DNA of 64,000 nucleotides from Vicugna vicugna (lineage: Eukaryota). Where the stretch lies: assembly GCA_013265495.1 (NCBI GenBank), contig MU058584.1:2794508-2858507 (forward strand). Direction: 5' to 3'. Shown here in pieces: positions 1 to 12,951 of the stretch. Every line of letters begins with the position of its first letter. Position 1 is the first letter of the stretch. The translations under genes were made by a program, and so were the position numbers. The notes below the pieces were generated by a model, which worked only from the letters and a program-made list of their open reading frames with translations, searched no databases and was not told the DNA's origin.

Positions 1-2932
1 ATCTCTTCTGAGCCCGTTTACTCTTTGCTTACACCTCTTTACGAGACTTGCCGTAATCTGTTTTGTAACGTGGTTATGTAAGTATGGACATCTGGCTTTT
101 ACAATCTCTAAGAGCAGGCACCAAGCCCCACACACCGAAGTATTTAATTTAAATTCACACATTAAGTACTGAGCATGAGCCAGGCTCTGCTCCAGAGAGT
201 TAAGCCCTCCATTTGGAGCACACACATTTTTCCAATTTTTCATTTCATAAATAATCCTTTCATTTAATCAGTAAATATATACGTATTGAACACTTACGCG
301 GTACCAGACACTGTTTTCGGTTCTGGGGATACAGTGGGAAACAAAATAGATGTCTCCTGGTCCTTGACATCCCCTAGATAGTTTCCTTGTCTCCGTGAGG
401 GAGACAGAAAGTAAACAAATATGTATACGTTTGTATGTATTTAATGACAAGAAATGACAAATGTCTTGAAGAACTTCCAAAGTGATACGTGAATGCATGC
501 TCCTTGTGCAAAACATAGAGAAGGCAAGAAAAAGCAAAAGTACACATTAGCACCACTTCGAACTCCACTCTGCTCTCAGAAGTAACCACTGTTAACAATG
601 TGCATCCTTCTATCTTCTTTTCCATGCATTTATACATACCATATAAACCTGTATACAGTTATTTATGCATAAATAGAACTTTATGGATCACTCTGCTACT
701 TGATATAGAATTTCACAGAGTACATGTCTGTTCTACATAGAGAGGATGTTTGATGGGTATTAAATGTCTTAAACTTCTCAGAAGGCCCACCTAATACTGC
801 GTATCAGGGCCGGGTCCTTCTGGCCCCTCTGTTAATGGGCATGTGATTTGGGGAGCCCCTTGGGAACAAAGAAGTGGTGTGAACAAGGCACCAGTCAGCC
901 ACCTGGGGGAGGTTTGAGTGGTACGTCCTGCGGGACACCAGAGTTCAATGTGGAGACAGTTTCTTTTGCCCCCGGCTCCAGCACTCCATCATCAGTACTC
1001 CCTGGAGATGCAGAAGACTGTGCTAAAGATTTGGGACAGCCTGAGAGGTGTCGTTTATTCCCTCAACAGACATTGACAGAGTAGGCTACATGCCAGCGGC
1101 ATGCCAGGCTCAGGCCACCTCTGCTTACAGAATCCTCCTAAGAGCAGAGCAGAGTGGTGCGGGAGGCGTACGAAGACGCAGCAGTCCGCATCCAACTTGC
1201 CACCTGGCTTCCTCTGCCCTGACAGACCCAGAGATCACGCAGTGGCTGTGACATCTGCAGCTGCTGTGAATAACGAACTCATAGATGAGTGGAGAACCCA
1301 ATCGGGCCCTGTTCCCTGTGGGAAATTCTCCCATTCCCATCTGTACCTTCTGGTCTCTCTTCTACTGCATCCCACGATTACACTCTGTGTGTGCTAGTGT
1401 GCAGGAGGGTGGGGAGTGTGAGCGAGCGCGTGTGCACGGACTGTCCATGTGCTCCATGCTCTTGCACCCATGGAAGGATGGAAAGGCCCTGGGGAACCAT
1501 TGAGCTGGAGGGGACACCCCAAAAAGCATTTCTGTGCCTCTAGGAACGCTCCAGGAGTGCTCATGTGTCTAGGTCATGGACAACAGTTGGGTGTTTGCCA
1601 GCTTTTAAAGCTCTTCAAGGAAATTGGAGCATGTCTGAGCCCCTCCCAGACCCAATTTCAGCATACATTTTTGCAGACAAACCAACTTCCTCGTGCGTCA
1701 CCTGACTTCCTCCTAAACCACACTGATTCCTTGCATGGACCACATTTCCCCAAATACCAGATTTTCCCTTCTCGTCACGACTAAAACATTTTCAACTTTG
1801 TTTCCAACTCATTCCTCATAGAGGACTTTTTTATGTTAGAGATTTGACAATTCAGTTTTGAAAGGAGAACTACAAAGTCACTTTAAAAATATATATGAAA
1901 TATTCGTTCATTTTTGTGCAACTTTTACCTTTGCACATTTCCACATTTTTTCCTTTTTTTTTTTTTTTGTATGTGACTTGGTGCTCCACAACCCAGCTAA
2001 TGGGCTCCTGAGTCAGCGTCACTGTTTCTAATTATTGAACACCTAGAAGCAGCTCCAGACAACGGCTGACCACTACGTTCTCACCACCAAAACCTGACAG
2101 ACAGAATTCTTGGTTACAAAATGCTGGAGTTAAGGGTTGAAAGACAGCATGCATTATAACCTTCTGTTTTCACTCACTCATAATTGTCCCAAAATTGTCC
2201 TTTTGCTCCAAATCATTCCATGCTCTGTTTCCACCCCAGGGACGAAATTGCTTGGAAAGTTTAAACAAAAGTGGTTTAGCTAGTTTGGAACCAGGCATCT
2301 TGGTGGGGGTGGAGAATATTTTTCTTTGACTTAAAAACAACTAAAGTGTATCTCTGGCTGTGGACAACCTCAAAACAGCTGTTCCCTTATAACATCAGCT
2401 CTCTTGTGTGGGTGGTCAGCCTCTTCCAAGGGAGGAAGTGTCTGTGAACGGAGCAGAAATCCAGAATTTCAAGACAGAAATAATAGGCAATGAAAGTATG
2501 GAATTGTGCTTTCTGTTCTATGATTTGGCCACGGGTTGGGGGGGGGGCTTACGTTATATTATTTGCAGAATGCAGGCAGTCCTCCTTCCCTGGGATTAGC
2601 TGTCTTACTTACAACAGAGTCTACGTAGTGGTGAATGGTATGTGATTTAAGTGAAGGCATTCCTGAGTCTGAGTTTGGGTTCCATCCCTTACTAACTATG
2701 CAACCTTGAATTAGTAACATAACTTCCCTGAGCTTTGCTATCCTCATCATTTAAATGAGGCTCTTGGTGGTACCCACTTGTCCAAAGTGCTTGGAGGATG
2801 AAGTGAGGTCACGTATACAAAACACCGGCCGGTGTCTGGCACACTGTGTGTGTGCAGCGTAGGTGCCTGGGGGTAGAGCAGAGGCCGTAACAGAGAAATA
2901 CGTACACATGACTGCACGTTGAATTGGCCGGT

Positions 2933-3430
2933 TGTGTTGACATCTTGCTTTGTTTGGCCTCCCAGCATCCATTCCCACCTCTTCTGGTGACCATACCTCA
3001 TTTTCCATTTCAGTTTAGGAAACCACCCTCACACATGCTCAGCCGGCGTAATCCAGGTGTTGCGATCCCTACCCCCCAACCCACGTGTGTATCTGGAGCT
3101 CGGTGCCAACCAACTAGAGGTTGTGAACACCTGCACCAGGATTTCTGCTGGAATACGGGGAGAAAGAAACTCTCTTTTCTTTCCTCCAGGGTCACTGGTC
3201 TGCCAGGATGCCCACTTAGAGCTCCTGGTAAGTCATCTTTGGTCAAGCAGACCAAGAATGGCTCCAACAGAGAGAAAAGCAGACCCAAGAGATGGCATGA
3301 GGAGTTCAAAAGGCACAATCCAGATGCCTGGATCCTACTGTACCTGCGGCTGGACTTTTCTGTTTTGGGAGACAATACATTCCCTTTTCTGCTTAATTCA
3401 GTTGTAGTTGGATCTCTGCTGCTTACACAG
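2933..3430. mobile_element. MaLR LTR relic (MLT1-like)
   Basis: MLT1-type segments: cccagcatccattccc...cttctgg at one end, ggacttttc...caatacattcccttt...gcttaa at the other. Confidence 0.55.
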
Positions 3431-4271
3431 GTCCTCTTTAAAATAGAAGGTCAAGGCTAAAAGCATCCAGCAATGAGGCAGAACCCTCCATGACATGTTT
3501 GGAAGACATATATCCTCTACCTTTAACTTGCCAGCAGCTTCAGACAAGTCCCCTTGCCCTCTGGATTCTCAGCAATAAGATCAGGCCTCTGTGAGATGTG
3601 ACCCCTGAGGCTCCAGTATCCTGGGAGTCTGATTGAAAGAGACAGAGCACGGAGGGGGTCAGAGTCCATCCTTCTGTTGGGGTCACAGAGGAGAAATTAA
3701 GAGCTGATAATGAATCTTGACTCTACTACTTGCTGTGTGACCATGGACAAGTCATCAACCTCTCTGAGCCTCATTCTCTTCAACTGTAATAAAAAGATAT
3801 TCATTCAGACTATCAAGTGAAAGGAATTGTTACACTTTTCTGCTCTCCTCAATCTCATGTTTCCACCTCAGCCCAGAGCTGAAAGGCTTCTGCTTCTCTA
3901 CCAGAGATAGAAGTACTAGAAGAAAACCTTTCAGCTTCCCTCTCTGCCTCTGTCACTTGCTCCTCCTCCTGGAAGGGAAGGTGACTAGTCTGATTGGTGA
4001 GAATGGGGTGAGGAGACGTTTGCTCAGCCACGTTCTCCCTCAGGCGAGGCGGATCAGCATAGCTCCACCTTACATCCTGGGCCAGCATGTGTTCAAGTGC
4101 AGTAAGCCACGTGCTCCCAGGACCCACGGGATGAACCCTTGAGCAGGGCCACTCTCACCACGCAGCGCCTGGGGTGTATTCTCCTGCTTCTGCACCTGGG
4201 AAGGGGCTGCGGTAAATCAGGTCAGCCCTGAACTGTGGATCCGAGCATCTTTCATTAAGAAACGCCGGTTG

Positions 4272-4735
4272 ATTTGCAGCAACATGGATGGACCTAGAGA
4301 TCATCAGTCTAAGTGAAGTAAGCCAGCAAGAGAAAGACAAAGACCATATGACATCCCTCATATGTGGAATCTAAATAAAATAAAGTAAAATAAAAGGACA
4401 CTACGAACTCATCTACAAAATAGAAACAGACTCGCAGACATAGTTAACAATATCATGGTTACTGGGGAAAAGGGGTGGGAAGAGATAAATTTGGGAATTT
4501 GAGATTTGCAAATATTAGCTACTATATATAAAAACAGATTTTAAAAGTTACTTCTGTATAGCACAGGGAACTATGTTCAATATCTTGTAATAACCTTTAA
4601 TGAAAAAGAATATGAACATGAATATATGTATGTATGTGCGTGACTGGGACACTGTGCTGTGCAACAGAAGTTGACACATTGTAACTGACTGTACTTCAAC
4701 TTTAAAATTAAAAATTGAAAAATAAAATAAAATAA
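4272..4735 (+). mobile_element. 5'-truncated L1 3' end (cetartiodactyl type) with A-rich tail and decayed TSD
   Basis: gcagcaacatggatggacctagag...acagaaacagactc...gcacagggaact...; flanks AAACGCCGGTTG / AAATGCCAGTCG. Confidence 0.85.
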
Positions 4736-4849
4736 ATGCCAGTCGGTCGTGTCTCCAGTCCAAATCTACCACTTACAAAGCAGATCCTGGACCCTCACTT
4801 GGCAACTTGCATGTGTAATTAGGTTAATTCTGTGTACATTTTAGAATGA

Positions 4850-5125
4850 GGACGCATTTCTGAAACCTTGGGATGAAAGGAGTCTCTCCAATAAGACTCC
4901 AGAATTGCAAATCACAAAATGGGAAATGGGTGGGTTTGACTACATCAAAATTAAAGATTCTGTTCAAGTTAATAAACAGCATGAGATTCGGAGGAGGTAC
5001 TTGTAACATCTATAGCTTTAAAGGTGTCTTATATAAAATATAAGGAATTCCTGCTGATTAGTACGTAAGAGTCAAGAAACACAACAGAAAGTTGGACAAA
5101 GGACGTATATATTAGACACTTGCCA
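4850..5125 (+). mobile_element. Old L1 (L1M-type) ORF2 fragment
   Basis: tttgactacatcaaaattaaagattctgttcaa...aaacacaacagaaagttggacaaagga resembles the L1 ORF2 3' region. Confidence 0.5.
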
Positions 5126-5899
5126 AAAAACGGCAACACTCTCCTCTAGGCCAGGCCTGACTTTTAATTAAGATAAGGCAACAGCAGAAACGTCGAGATA
5201 CTTCCAAATTATAATTCAGCCTCTTTATTCTCTTCCCAACACACTGTCAGTCAACATGGAGATCTACCATCTGTATTTCAGTTCTTTTCTTGAGATTTCT
5301 CTTTCCCTGTGCCCATGCAAAACTGGATCCTTCCCCAAACGGTTTTTGGGACCTTACTTGTACTTATGTGTCTGCTTCAGAACGTGAGGGATGATTATTC
5401 CAATGCCCTCTTAGGGTAGGAATGACTGGCAGTGATAGCAATTGGTTAAAATCCTATCGGTCACCTGAAGCCCATTAAACAAGCAGGCACCTCTCTGTTC
5501 TTTAGCAGCTGCGATGAGTAGCAAACTGGTCCACATTTTGAAGCAAAATTTCTCATAGGATCTGTGCATGCATGATGTATTCTATTTGTCGCCAAGATGT
5601 GAAATTTATCTTTCGGAGGAAGTTGCCTATAAATCCTGTTGTGATTTATTTAAGTAAAGAGATAAGATGAACAATTTAGTGAGCCCAGTGGTTCTCTATG
5701 AGAAAGAAAAAATAATCAGTTTGGGGAACATGAGGGGGGCTTTGGGTCACTAAGGAGAATTTGGTCAAGAGTCCCTTAGAACACCATAAATAAGTAATTC
5801 GTGGAATAAGAACTCTGAATGGCTAAAAAGGACCATGAGAGGAGCTCGGTTTTCCACTAATAAGAGAAAGGCAATTCAGAGGAAGGTCTTGGATGTGCA

Positions 5900-6450
5900 G
5901 CCCATTGACAAAATTTACCATTTGAACTATACCGAATGCTAGGAAGGAAGTATAGAAATGGATCGATCAAGCACCGGTGGTAGCATATATTGGGTGAAAC
6001 TCCTGGAGATCCGCTTGGAAGTGTTAGTGAAATGAGCATGCGATTACAGTCAGGCAAGTCCTACTCCTGGGGTATGCCCCAGAGAAAATCCCGGACAGGC
6101 GCACAAGGAGACTCGAGCAAGAGTGCCTATCACGGGCAAGAATTCTAGGCCACAGAGAGATTTACTGGAATAGTGTGCAGCAATCAAAAGGAACTGGCTG
6201 GAGTTACATAGCACGTCACGGATGGATGTCAAAGCGTAATGCAGAGTCAAAGAAGAATGAGTCAAAAGGAGCTTGATGGCAAAAGAAAATCATTCACATT
6301 CATTTTAAAAACATAAAAAACGATACTATATAATTCCCATGGATGTCATATGTAGACATAACAAATGGAAAGTGGAGTTTTAAAGGACCTACAAAGAAAT
6401 ACATAAGAAGAGGGCACCTTTGGGAGGACTTCGATTTGAGATAGTAGATG
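5900..6450 (+). mobile_element. Old L1 (L1ME-like) ORF2-end/3' UTR fragment
   Basis: ...gtcctactcctggggtatgcccagagaaa...cacaaggagac...ggaatagtgtgcagcaatcaaaagga resembles the L1 ORF2 C-terminal region. Confidence 0.5.
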
Positions 6451-7565
6451 AAGGGGAAACAGAAACAAAAGAGGTGCCTTGAATGGTCTGCTTTGCCATC
6501 AACTGAGAAGAGTACATTCAATTCTATCCACTGGGATTAGAAACCAGCTATAAAGCTCTTCCATTTGACCGAATACTAAACTCATAGCAGGTGCAGGTGC
6601 TCAATGAATAATTTAACAATTTTTATATCTGTTTCAACTTTCAGATTCTGGACTTTCAAAGATATAGGATCTTTCAGAGTTTTCCCTAGAATCACTGCTG
6701 AGAGGGTCTTCTTCCTTATAAAGTCATGAAATGGAAGATCAATCAACTTCTAAAAGACATTACTGATTCAGTGGGGTAGAAGGAACCTTAGAGACCACCT
6801 AGTCAGAATCTTTGACTTTGCCGAGGAGGGGTCCGAAGTCCTGAGAGGTCCAGTGGCTGCCCGAGGTCAGACAAGGGGACCCCAGGCCGTCTGACTCCTT
6901 GTGCCCTGCTTTTTCCACCAGGCAGCCTGGCATCAGTATGGCTGTTTTCAAGTGCGCGTGACTTCAGCTTGCTCTGAACACCCACATCTGGCTCTGCGAA
7001 TTAGGGAAGAGCTGATCTAGTGCTTTTACACTCTGCACAGAAGCCGGCTCATAGCCTTTACAGGAAAAAACAACAGATCCTAAAACGCAGTCCTGTTGAA
7101 AACTCACATTCAGTCACTCTCCAAAGTCCCCATTCTACCTCTGAGAAGTCCGAGTGTCAGTGTTGCCATGGGAACGTCCATTGTTGCACTGAGTAGTAAC
7201 CGGCTTTGAACCAGCCTCGATGTGGCATTGTCCTTGGACTTCATACATAATACTGGAGGCTTAGCAGTTACAGATGTGTCTCCTTTACCTTTAGTTAGAT
7301 GGTTCCTTCCCAGCTTAGACCGATTCCCGTTTCTAAGTATTCTCCATGAGATGCTCCATTCTTTCTCCTCTGAGATTCCTCATCTGAGCCCATTCCCCTA
7401 GAAGCTAAACCGCCATTGAGTGAGTAGCCAGCCAGGTGTCTAGCTGATCTTCTGAGTCAATCTGAGGCTCATTTTTTTCAAACTATTTCTTTTGTTTTCC
7501 ATTTTAAAAAACCTCACCCCTCCTGGAAGCCCCTTTCCCCGGGAAAGTGACTGTGCTGCCCCAAG

Positions 7566-7584
7566 CTGGCAGCAGAGGGCGCCC
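7566..7584 (+). promoter_or_regulatory. CTCF motif CTGGCAGCAGAGGGCGCCC
   Basis: 13/14 match to the core CCASYAGRKGGCRS, in a locally CpG-retaining patch. Confidence 0.55.
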
Positions 7585-8969
7585 ATGCCTAACGATCTTG
7601 GCACCGAGCGTCCTTCTGGGGCTGGGCGGGTTGCAAGCATCCAGCAGCTGCGCGGACGGCGAAGATCCTCCCTTGGGGGTCTGGACCTGGGCCAGCTCAG
7701 TGTGGTCGGAGATGGCTGTGCGCTCCAACACTGTCACGGGAGACATTCCCAGGGAGTTTATGGAGAGGGGTGAAAGCTGCTCTTCCCTGGCTGGGAAAGT
7801 GTTCCATCTCCTCACAAGCTAGCCGAGGCTCCTTTCCCAGATCCGCCTTCCCCGCCTGCCTTGGGGAAAAGGGGAGGGGGATATTTCTATTCCACTCCCC
7901 ACTCAGTTCCTCCCAGGAATGCCCTAAATTAATCCCAAATCAGGGGCCCCAGTCTTTCTCCCAGAGAAGGCATTGTTGGTTTATTGCCTGAAGCCTTGAG
8001 ACCAAACCTGAGTCCCAGTCTTTTGAATTACATCAGTGGTGGTAAATTAGCATTCACAGAGAGTATATTTGATTTTCAGAAGCAGCCAAAAATTATGCAA
8101 AGCCAAGTCTACTAAACAAGCGATGAAATAAAGGGGGAATATGGAAATACAGAGCCCAGGGCCTGGTGTACAGCGGTTTCTGGGTGGATGGCGGTGACGT
8201 GTGAATCTGGGTCTCCTGGTTGTTATTTAATGAGTTTTTGATATAGAACCACGAGATCGTTTTTCTTAGGTGGTCTCTAAACCAGCTCTGCAGACAAATG
8301 TAAAAAAGAACCAACCAAAGAAAATACTGCTGCAGCGAAAGTCTTGAAGATTTCAAAGCTAAATGTGAATTGTCTGCCCAAGTTCCACATTTACTCAGAA
8401 ACACTCTTCTTTATAATTTTGTATTTGCTTATTGTCTGTACCAATCCCTTAAATTATGTATACTTACTGGGCATCAAATATAAGATTAGTGTTGAAGATA
8501 CAGGACCAGAGGCCTTGGAGTTCAGTGGCACTTGCTCTGTGGCTGAGGTCCTCATACTGCCCACCAGGGGCTCCTGGGGCAAGTAAATCATTGACCTCGT
8601 GAGTCTAAGGTTCTTCATTCTTAGAAAGGAGATAACAAGAGCTCCCCTGCCTATTTCTCCAAGGCCAGATTATAATTGCAGAAATTAACGTGCTTTGTGA
8701 ATCCAAAGTATCGTAGGCATGTTTCTTAGTATCCCTGGATCCTGGTGCTTTCTGTTTTCTCACTTATAAGTATCTTGAAGGCAAAGAACTTGCCTCACCT
8801 TCTTTGGTCACTGCCCACCGTGTCCATGAATTCTGCTAACAGTCTACCCATGGCTGGTTTTCCGGCTCAGGGCTCCAATCGGGAGGCCCCTGGGCTGGCT
8901 GCAGAACTGCACGGCTCACAACAGGCTGGCATCTATTGGCAATGAAGCCAAAGGTACCAATCCCACTAA

Positions 8970-9300
8970 ACATTTATTGAATGCCACCTTGCTGTCTGCC
9001 CAGAGCTGCTGTGGATACACAGTTGAATCAGACGTGATCTCTGCTCTCAAGGGGTTTACGAGTAAAGTCGATCGGACCTACAACTGGCCAGCAATGCAAA
9101 GTACCGTATTAGATATACTCAAAATCGAGGCACAAAATAATGGTAAAACTACAAAGATGGAGAGACCAGGACAAGCTTCCTAGGGATGTGGCATTTGAGC
9201 TGGCCTTACAGGATGAGTCGGTCTTGGATAAGCGCAGTTGGTGCAGAAGTCGTGCCAGGCAGAGGGGATGATCTGAGCAAAGGCATCGCTAGCAGGTTGT
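8970..9300 (+). mobile_element. L2 3' fragment
   Basis: aacatttattgaatgcc...ctgctctcaagggg tttac...ggcatttgagctggcctt...ccaggcagagggg. Confidence 0.55.
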
Positions 9301-10111
9301 TGGAGAAAACTTAGGGCGGTGGGAGGTGAGTGTGCTGTGTGCTGTGTAAGAAGAACGCTGGCACATTTTGCTTTGGGGCCTCGCCTCGGGGAGCCTTCAC
9401 TGTCCTGCTAAAACGCCTGGGCTCATCTCAGAATTGAAAGGAAACCGTTGCAGCCGAAGCACTCAGCTGAAGGGCTCAGGTGGGCCATCTGGACCGCCTC
9501 CAAGGGGGGTGCAGGCATGACGTTGCCAAGGCTGAGGGACTGACAACCAAAGACGGCAAAGGCAAGGTGGCGCGTGTCCTGGCCCGGATTTTGACCAGCA
9601 CATAATGTTGCAAAGCCTCTAAAGCCGGTGGGATGTAGGCAGAAAAGGGCTTTCTCTTCTTCCAGCCACAGCCTCCAAACTGCCCTGTAGTCACTCTTTG
9701 CCCATTGACGGTGCCTCAGGCAAAACTCAAAACATCTCATTTTGGGAGTTAAAACATCCTGTCTTAGTAAGAGGTTCTTCTGTGGCCCCACTCATTTGGC
9801 TTGGGTATGAGGGTCCTTCCCCTTTCCTGGGCCCCCTGGAGGGGTGGGGTAAAGCCACAGCACTGCCCCCAAGCACCCCTTATTCTTAGGATCTCTCTTC
9901 TTAAATTTCAGCCTTCTGTGAATATAGCTCAAGAAGACGCATAAGATAAAAGTCACAGAATCAGTTCACCTACCTTAGTAAGTCCCTCTGGATGCATCTC
10001 GTAGGTGGGACGAGGAGGGGACCTCCTGGCCTCACCTGGGGGCTCTAGCCCAAATTGTAAAACAATAGGAAAATTCCATTCAAGTTTTTGTTCCATTAGT
10101 GATGCTTCAGG

Positions 10112-10329
10112 ACAGAGTCTGGATCTCAGCACTGTTGACATTCGGGGCCTGACAGTTCTTTGTTGTAAGGGCTGCCCTGTGCACCACAGATGTTTAGCAG
10201 CTTTCCCGGCGTTTACCCAGTAGACCCCCTCATCCCTGGTGGTGACAATCTCTTCCGACATTGCTAAAGCTCTTGTCCCCTGGGGGACAGTAGAGGGATA
10301 CAAAATTGCCCCCTGATGAGAACCACCAC
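10112..10329. mobile_element. MER20-like hAT-Charlie DNA transposon relic
   Basis: ctcagcactgttgacatt...ggctgccctgtgcac...gatgtttagcagc...gacattgc...aaaattgccccc...tgagaaccac. Confidence 0.75.
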
Positions 10330-12459
10330 TTAACAGACAAAAGGAAGTCATTGAAAGGTTTTGAGCAAGGAAGTAATATAAAATTATCATCAAATGTCAT
10401 TCAGTTGGTTTCATTGAATGTTGAGAACAGGAGTGGCCAAGGCCAAGAAATGTTTACTCTGCAAATGACATCTTTTGAATAATCCCTAATAGTGTGCATA
10501 ACACTATCTCAACTCATTTTCACACCAACCTTCTGAGGAGGGCAGGGGTGTCTCACTGACGTAGTGTAAATACAGAGGAGGAGGAGGCGGATGTGTGAGG
10601 AGCTATCAGCCTGAAGCATCAGGGTGTGGAGGAGAGAAGTGGGAACGGAGCTTTTCCATGGAGCCTAGGACTTTCTTTTCAGAGCAGGAATCCTGGAGGA
10701 AGTGTTTGGATTGATAATGATAGATACTGTAACTGAAGTGAATTCAGCGCTGACCATGTACTGTGTGTCTCATCCATCCTCTCACTTAATTCAACAGGTT
10801 TCCACAAGCAGGTAACTGTTATTCCCAGTGTATGAAGTCAAAGGTGGTGACATGAGCTGAATGGGAAAAAGTCTGTCTCTTCAGAGATGTGGGCTCTGGA
10901 AGCTTCTCATGGCTACTGCGGATCTGAGTCTTAAGGAATATTGAGCTTTCTGGGATGTGAGGGGGACAGGTCAGGAAGGAGGTGACCTTAGGGATCCTGA
11001 ATGTCATGGGACCAGCCTGGGAAGAGATGCCCGCCCTACCAGCTCTTGCCAAGCTCAGTGGGTTCTGTGACAGCAGTTTCAGGAGACATCCCAAGATGGA
11101 TGTGTAGACGCCCCGCTGGGTCTTCAGCAGCCTGAATTTTGCTCTGGGCAAGAGCTAAGATTCAGTGAGGAAGAGATCAAAGAGTGAAACGGAGCTTGGG
11201 GTACCACACACGGAGCATGGTGCGTTCCCTGGAAGAACCATGTTACCTGTAAGGCAGTCGAATGTGCTCAGTGAATTATGCTGGCAGAAGGAAGAGGTCA
11301 GGGAGCCCACAGTTAAATTTTAGTCTCCTCCCATCCCAGACCATTTCATCTTGGTTCACAAATCAATGTAGATTAAAAAAAGAAAAAGAAAAAAAGTGCA
11401 TAGTTAAGATTATAATTCCATTGCTGAATGTCCAAGGCTAAAGGATCCTTAAACTATTCTTTTCCAGGAATAAAGCAATTTTTATTTCTCCAAAATTATC
11501 TGATCACTGATGGATGTATTTGGACTGGAGAGTTAGCCCAGAGGTTTTTCTGGAAGGACAAGTTGTTGATGGGGAATGAGGCAACTGCCACCCACAAGGC
11601 CTTTAGGAAATTCTTTCCAGTGTGGAACCCAATTCAACAACACACATTTACTACATGTCTACTTCATGCCAGGCCCTGGGGTCAGGCTCTGGTGGGATGC
11701 AGAAGGTAAGCAGGACTGCCACGTACAGTTGCTCAGGTTGTACACTCTACAATCATAAGGGGCACCATAAGAATCACAGGACAGATTTGTATATCCATTA
11801 AGCCCTGTTCCTGCAGACAGCAGGAATGTGTCTTGAAGAAGACGGGCTATGTAGACTGGCTGTGATGTCAGCTACACAGTTTCTACCGTCAAGGAGCTTA
11901 CTGTCCAGCTGACAGGAGGACTCTAAGACACGAGGAGATCACAAGCTAGAAGCTGGAAGAGATTTTTCTCTCTTTCCCTTTTAAGAGCAAGCTATGTAGG
12001 GTTAGCTACTGATGGAAAACAAATTTGGTGCACTCTGGTCTTTTTGCTATTGCCAGTTAATGACAGAAAATCCATTCCTTCGTTACTACCTCCCACCAAC
12101 TCCTTGGATCCAAGAACTTACCCCTATCAGGGAACATCTTCTCTTGGTCTTATATACTCCATTGCTCCCAGTCAGGACAAGGTTGTTACTAATCACTATT
12201 CTTAGGAGGAAAAAAGCAAAAAAACAAACAAAAACAGAAAAACCAAGCTGACTCTGAAAAACAATGTTTCTTCTTAATCGCTCCAGGGGCTACCCTGGGG
12301 CAAAGCTGGAAGTGCCCAGCTTAGACTTGGAGTATCTAACTGTGGGATTTATTGTTGCAGGACCCCAGCCCCAATGCCCCTTCCCTAACCCCCAGTGCCT
12401 TTCCCCTCACATCTGCGATAACTGCCCTGCAGCACAATAATACACCCCATGCTCCAAGC

Positions 12460-12803
12460 AACGCCAATAGCATATATATCACTTTATTATTCATTCATTG
12501 GCTTTCCATGGCAAGTGAAAAAATAATTTAAACCAATTATATGTACAGAGGCTTAGTTAGTTTTCCCAAGGACTTCCAGAAAGATCCCTATCCCCTTAAA
12601 TAGCAAAGAGAGTTTACCTTTAACATCCATACAAAACTCCACCTATAAAAGTCGCATGTGTAGAAAGATTTCTTTATTAGAAGCATCACGTTTTGGGAAC
12701 AGGAAGGGGTCAGGGTGGGAGGGTGGAGGAACGTGTGCAGGGCGGGGGTCCACACACACCTGCCCGGGCTAGTCCTGCGTGGGGAGGCTGTCGCTGGCGG
12801 GGC
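12460..12803 (-). other. RXRG: RXRG 3' UTR (3' end approximate)
   Basis: Sequence between the stop codon and the AATAAA at 12488-12483, followed by a GT-rich downstream element (GGGGTGTATTATTGTG). Confidence 0.7.
12483..12488 (-). terminator. RXRG: Probable main polyadenylation signal AATAAA
   Basis: TTTATT on + strand; GU/U-rich sequence follows on the minus strand. Confidence 0.7.
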
Positions 12804-12951
12804 TCAGGTGATCTGCAGCGGGGTCTCCAACATCTCCATGAGGAAAGTGTCAATGGGCGTGTCCCCGATGAGCTTGAAGAAGAAAAGGTGCTCCAGGCAT
12901 TTCAAGCCGATGGAGCGCAGGGCTGGGAGGCGCAGCAGCAGTTTGGCAAAC
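12804..12951 (-). CDS. RXRG: RXRG coding exon 10 (148 nt incl. [51 protein letters not shown], dimerisation helix and AF-2)
   Basis: Acceptor TTCCTCGCAG|G; stop at 12806-12804; the exons total 1392 nt = 463 aa + stop; C-terminal TPLQIT identifies the gamma paralogue. Confidence 0.98.

Noticed and set aside
2924..3460. 178-aa ORF
   Set aside because: Coincides with an MLT1-like LTR relic; no homology recognised
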